Origin: Fistulifera solaris
Taxonomy: Eukaryota
Length of the DNA: 64,000 bases
NCBI GenBank assembly: GCA_030295235.1
Contig: AP026172.1
Location: 496,001-560,000 of the forward strand
Direction of reading: 5' to 3'
The notes under the pieces were generated by a model, which worked only from the letters and a program-made list of their open reading frames with translations, searched no databases and was not told where the DNA came from. Both the position numbers and the translations under genes were made by a program. Below, piece by piece: positions 59,944-64,000 of this stretch (the first letter of the stretch is position 1; every line of letters begins with the position of its first letter).

Positions 59944-60672
59944 ATGCAGTCATCCATTGAGACGAATCCAAACACAACACAAGTAACGCCGAAGTATGCC
60001 GCACTACACCAGGCTGTATGCGACGCTCCAGCGGCAGACTCTGATGCCATGTGCTCGTTAGGTGCTTCAGTGGCGTCAACCGTGCTAACCGACGACTTCA
60101 GCGACAGCAACTTTTCGTTATGTGATGATTCCATCTCAGTGAGCCATAACTACTGTGACGTAATCGATCAGGAAGACGACGAACCAACGTTTTCTGTCGG
60201 AGACGATACATGGACTTGTTTTGAAGACGACACTTGTCGCTCAACAGAGGCTGCTTACGAGGATCACGTGACGGGAAGCTTGACCCCTAACCTCTACGAA
60301 ATGAACCATGAGGAGTTGCGTGTTCGTTTCAAAGACACTGTGGAAGTGCGTGAATTCGCCGTCACCGTGGGACACCAAAACCCTTCGGACCCTATCCTGT
60401 GCCCGGTCACGCTTGACTGGCAGTTCTTTGAGATACGACGCCCGTTAACAGTCGAATTGGATAGCATAAGGACGAGCGAAAAGCTGACGGAAAAACAAAG
60501 AAGGTCTTGGATTTCATTCGTTCAAGGTTGGTCGTACGAGCAAGTGCGGTCACTTGAGATTGAAAGGGTTATGGAAGTCATGGAAGAAATGATGCATCGA
60601 CAAGTATCTTTTTCAGACAGACTCTCCGAGGAGAAAAGCGATGATTGTTTCTTTTGTGACGATTTGGAGTGA
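59944..60672 (+). CDS. Hypothetical acidic protein with RVRF..VEVREF..CPVTLDW domain
   Basis: ATG at 59944 within a longer ORF; conserved-looking C-terminal motif block. Confidence 0.65.
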   Translation: MQSSIETNPNTTQVTPKYAALHQAVCDAPAADSDAMCSLGASVASTVLTDDFSDSNFSLCDDSISVSHNYCDVIDQEDDEPTFSVGDDTWTCFEDDTCRSTEAAYEDHVTGSLTPNLYEMNHEELRVRFKDTVEVREFAVTVGHQNPSDPILCPVTLDWQFFEIRRPLTVELDSIRTSEKLTEKQRRSWISFVQGWSYEQVRSLEIERVMEVMEEMMHRQVSFSDRLSEEKSDDCFFCDDLE

Positions 60673-60887
60673 TTGCGATGACTCTCCACGGGATATACGC
60701 GAACACTTCGGTTCGTAGAATTTTGAAGAACTTGTTATTACCAGGTACTGACATTTTGCAAAGAAAGGGCTCAATATATTCATTCATAACTATAAGCATT
60801 TTCTCAAAGCTGCTTTAAATAAAAAGTAACGTTGCGTTGAGAGACGTGGTGAAGATAGTATTCGAGGTGTCAAGTCATGCGGGTATA

Positions 60888-61857
60888 TCAACCTTGATCG
60901 TCCATCCTTCCTTTGCAGGTCACGTGACTCAAGTTGTATTCCTTTGTGTATTTCAGATACACTCCTTCTGGTACCATCAAATCTGATTTAGTTTGCCACC
61001 TCGTTTGGTCGCTCGACTCGGCACACGTAAACATCATGCGATCAAACCGCTTCACTAATTCTCGAATTCCGATCTTTTCCATCGAAAATGAATCAGTCGT
61101 TCCGGATTTCCCACTTTAAAACTGGCAAACGAAGCGTAGTCTTCGGGATGCTCCAAAAATGGCGGTAGAATATCGAGCGCGGGCAAGAGGAGGGAGGAAT
61201 TCACCACCAGGTGGCGGTCGGTGACGCCCCCAAAATTCTGCGATTTGGGCAGCCATATGTATTGCGGGTCCAAAAGCGACAAATCATGATGGCACAAGTA
61301 ATAGTGGTCCGATCGCGTGACCACAAAGCGATCGTAGATCGATGTAAGATGGTTTTCCATTATTTTCTGCGACAAAAACCACCGAAACATGAATATTACC
61401 GCCCCACTACCTCGGTATCCGAACATATTCGCTCCGCCAAGAATAGACGACTCGTTGTAAAGATATCGTGGCACCCTTTGTCGCCAAGAAGTGCCATTAA
61501 TGAGATCGATAGCATCAGCCCAGTCGTCGTATTCATCTACCTCCATAGGTACTTGGCGCGGTCGTACAGGCTGCTGGTCCGATAGAGTGAGCGACCAATC
61601 ATGAGCGCCAGGTCGGCGTCATTCACATCCAGTACATGATGGTACAGAGTCTTCCAAGCCTTTTCTCCACCACGTAGATTGCCGATGATAATGACGAGAG
61701 TCTTGTTGGTGGAACCCGGTTCCGAGACCTGGGGCAGTGGGCCGAACGTCGACGAGTCGTCGCGAGGAAAGGAAATGGCCGTCACAATCAATCGTGCAAG
61801 CAAGACTCCGACTAGGACGGCACACAGCCACCGAAACCATGTCTGGAGATAGTTCAT
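60888..61857 (-). CDS. Putative type II membrane glycosyltransferase-like protein (frameshifts near 61543 and 61079)
   Basis: TM anchor, IIGNLRGGE, YDRFVVTRSDHYY, GGVTDRH and NPE; three ORFs join at GG dinucleotides. Confidence 0.65.
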
Positions 61858-62417
61858 ATTCGTTTAGTCATGGTTCTGTCTGTATTGGTAATGAAAGCTC
61901 ATTCTGCAAGGAAACAAACTGGAAATGGCACCATCTACATCTATGACTTGTCGAAATGAGAGCCGACAGCCGACCAATAAAATCCTTTCCAAATTTGCGC
62001 GCGAAAATGTGACTCTCTAAAGTGATAGTAGAAAATGACTGTCCTAACACGACTCCAAGTCTAATCGATATCCGAACGGAAAGTACCAACGGGGTAGCTC
62101 ATGGATTTTATTATGGAAAGTTTCGGCGCACCTTTGGCCCAAAGCCACAATCCACAAAACAACAAAATTCCTGCAAAACACTTGTACTGCTGGTATACTG
62201 GCCTTCTCAACTTCGGATCGTTTCTTATTGCTGACAAAGCACCAGTCTTCAACAGAAAGTTCAATTTATGATGCGACTAACTCATGAGCGACTTCATCGA
62301 CACCGACAATTGCGTCGAAGGAGGCAGGAATCATCTGCAGAATGCTCCCCTACTGCAGAAGATCCGGGCAACCGCACTCAAGGAACAGCATCACTCAGCA
62401 GCTCGAGCAGCGTCAAA

Positions 62418-64000
62418 ATGGGTGATGATTATTCTCTCGATATCTCGGAGGCATCGAGTATAGAGCATGTTTCGACGAGTAGTGTGTTTGTCTCGCCAGT
62501 GGATCAGCCACCGAGCGACGAAGAAGACGAGGAACCACAACCGACGTCTCACTCCTTAGCTACAAAATTATCCTTTGATTCAGATCATTCACGGGCTCCC
62601 AGCACTATTAAAGCATACCATCGAAAGCAAGATGACGATGTGGCCAGCGCGCTCGCTGTGCACTCACAAATGAGCTACGCCGAATGGAAGAAACAGCATT
62701 TGACTGATCAGCCTTCTTCATCACTGGTGTCGAGTCCGTCGGGATCCGCCATTGCTCGAATACGATCTACTGCTCCGCCGCAACAACGTTTGACAGCCAT
62801 TTCCACAGCGATTGAAGATTCACCGTACACTGACACACGATATTTTCGTAATCAACAAAGCGGTTATTCCGACCCAGATCGGTTACCGATCGTGACCCCA
62901 CCGCGTTCTGTGGTGTCGCAGACTTCCTCCCCGGTAGAACAGGACAAGTTCTGAATACGAGTTACGGATCGAATGGTAGCAATGATGATGTTGTAGTTCG
63001 TGTCGGAGGCAACGATTTTTGGCATTCCAGAGCCATTCTTTGCTATGCTTCCAAGGTATTGGCTCACCACTTAGCTACAAGAGACGAGTTGCACATTCCT
63101 CACAAGTCGCCTTCCGAATGGAACGAACTGCAGGTATTTTTGCAGCCTCGTTCGGTTCAATCAGCTTCCATAACGTTTCGAAATTTACCCGCACTACTAC
63201 CGTGGTTCGATCAACTCGAACTGACGGTTCTCTTGCGAGAATGTGATATATTATTGAGCAAACTCCGGTTTGCGACAGTGACGACAGACGAATCCTCTTC
63301 CTCACAGAATGGAGTCTCGAATGCGGTGCATGAATTAGCGCGCGTGGCACTGGGTCTGCCCCATGCACCGCCACGCATGGAGCCACCGTGTCCTTTGGAT
63401 GTTTTGGATATTCTACTTTTGACGCGAATCAGTGGAAAAGTCTGTCTTCCTCGAACACGGGTCATGTGTCTGAATGTGCTGCAAGAGTATTTGGAACGTC
63501 CGTTTTTGTTTGTATCGTTCGAGGAATGTGCCATGCGGTCGATCACGTCATTGATTGACTTGCTAGACGATGAAGAAGTGCTGGATACTGTGTGGCCGCT
63601 GATAGTCTCTTACTTGCCCGAGGATCTTCCATGGCTCGACGACCGACACAAGCTATTGAATAATCCGCTTTTCTCGTACCTGCTGCGATCAGGATTGGAG
63701 AAAGCTTGGCGCGACAGCGATGATGAGTTGGGAACCTTGCTCATGGGCAATGGACGGTCGCGTGAAATATCCAAAGTGACATCAAAGTGCGCTTTTGAAG
63801 CCGATTCGAGTGTGGAAGTCAGTTTTGTGAGCGAACACCACGCTGATGATGCAGGCGGCAAGGTTTATCATAGCAGTTATGAAGAAGATGGACTGGATCC
63901 CATAGAATCTCTTGAATATACCTTTGAATCGTGGAAAGAGGAATCGCCAGCGCAAACATCGAACGTGAGATCGTCGAGCGTTTCCACGAATCGGAACCAC
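62418..64000 (+). CDS. BTB/POZ-domain protein with Ser-rich N-terminus (frameshift near 62930; runs off the window)
   Basis: After the C-run, the frame stays open to the window end: DDVVVRVGGNDFWHSRAILCYASKVL..LLPWFDQLEL..LLRECD. Confidence 0.7.

Noticed and set aside
6375..61857. A glycosylation gene cluster (two SLC35 transporters and two GT-like genes)
   Set aside because: The genes are 12-20 kb apart and interspersed with unrelated housekeeping genes; there is no evidence of clustering.
2508..62935. Programmed ribosomal frameshifting or mass pseudogenisation
   Set aside because: Breaks occur in A, T, G and C runs with no shared slippery or stop motif, and they hit essential genes; sequencing error is far more parsimonious.

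Overview
Gene-dense eukaryotic nuclear DNA, almost certainly from a diatom. Evidence: a fucoxanthin-chlorophyll Lhcf gene, a bZIP-LOV aureochrome, bipartite plastid presequences and short GT-AG introns. About 40 protein genes can be supported, including ATG10, Tat-SF1-like, DCC1, kinesin-13, CDIN1, PCYT2, NOG1, mitochondrial EF-G, NDUFV2, MED6, G6PDH, arylamine NAT, DapL and two SLC35 transporters. There is also one tRNA-Leu(AAG), three MITEs and an intronic 12-bp purine repeat. Many genes are broken by single-base indels in homopolymer runs, which I read as assembly error rather than biology. The most notable observations are: (i) two independently inserted copies of one hAT-type MITE, each with its own 8-bp TSD, forming an ~800-bp inverted repeat ~200 bp upstream of Lhcf; (ii) uncharacterised proteins, including a tail-to-tail paralog pair, carrying SILK/RVxF-like PP1-docking motifs; (iii) an 80-aa secreted RxL precursor ending in (Ser-Met)4; (iv) a type II membrane protein with four 12-Cys repeats; (v) recurrent, sometimes chained TA-C..G-TA intergenic motifs resembling Tc1/mariner excision footprints. 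No prokaryote-type system (CRISPR, operon, prophage) is evident. All calls are by eye, without database searches.
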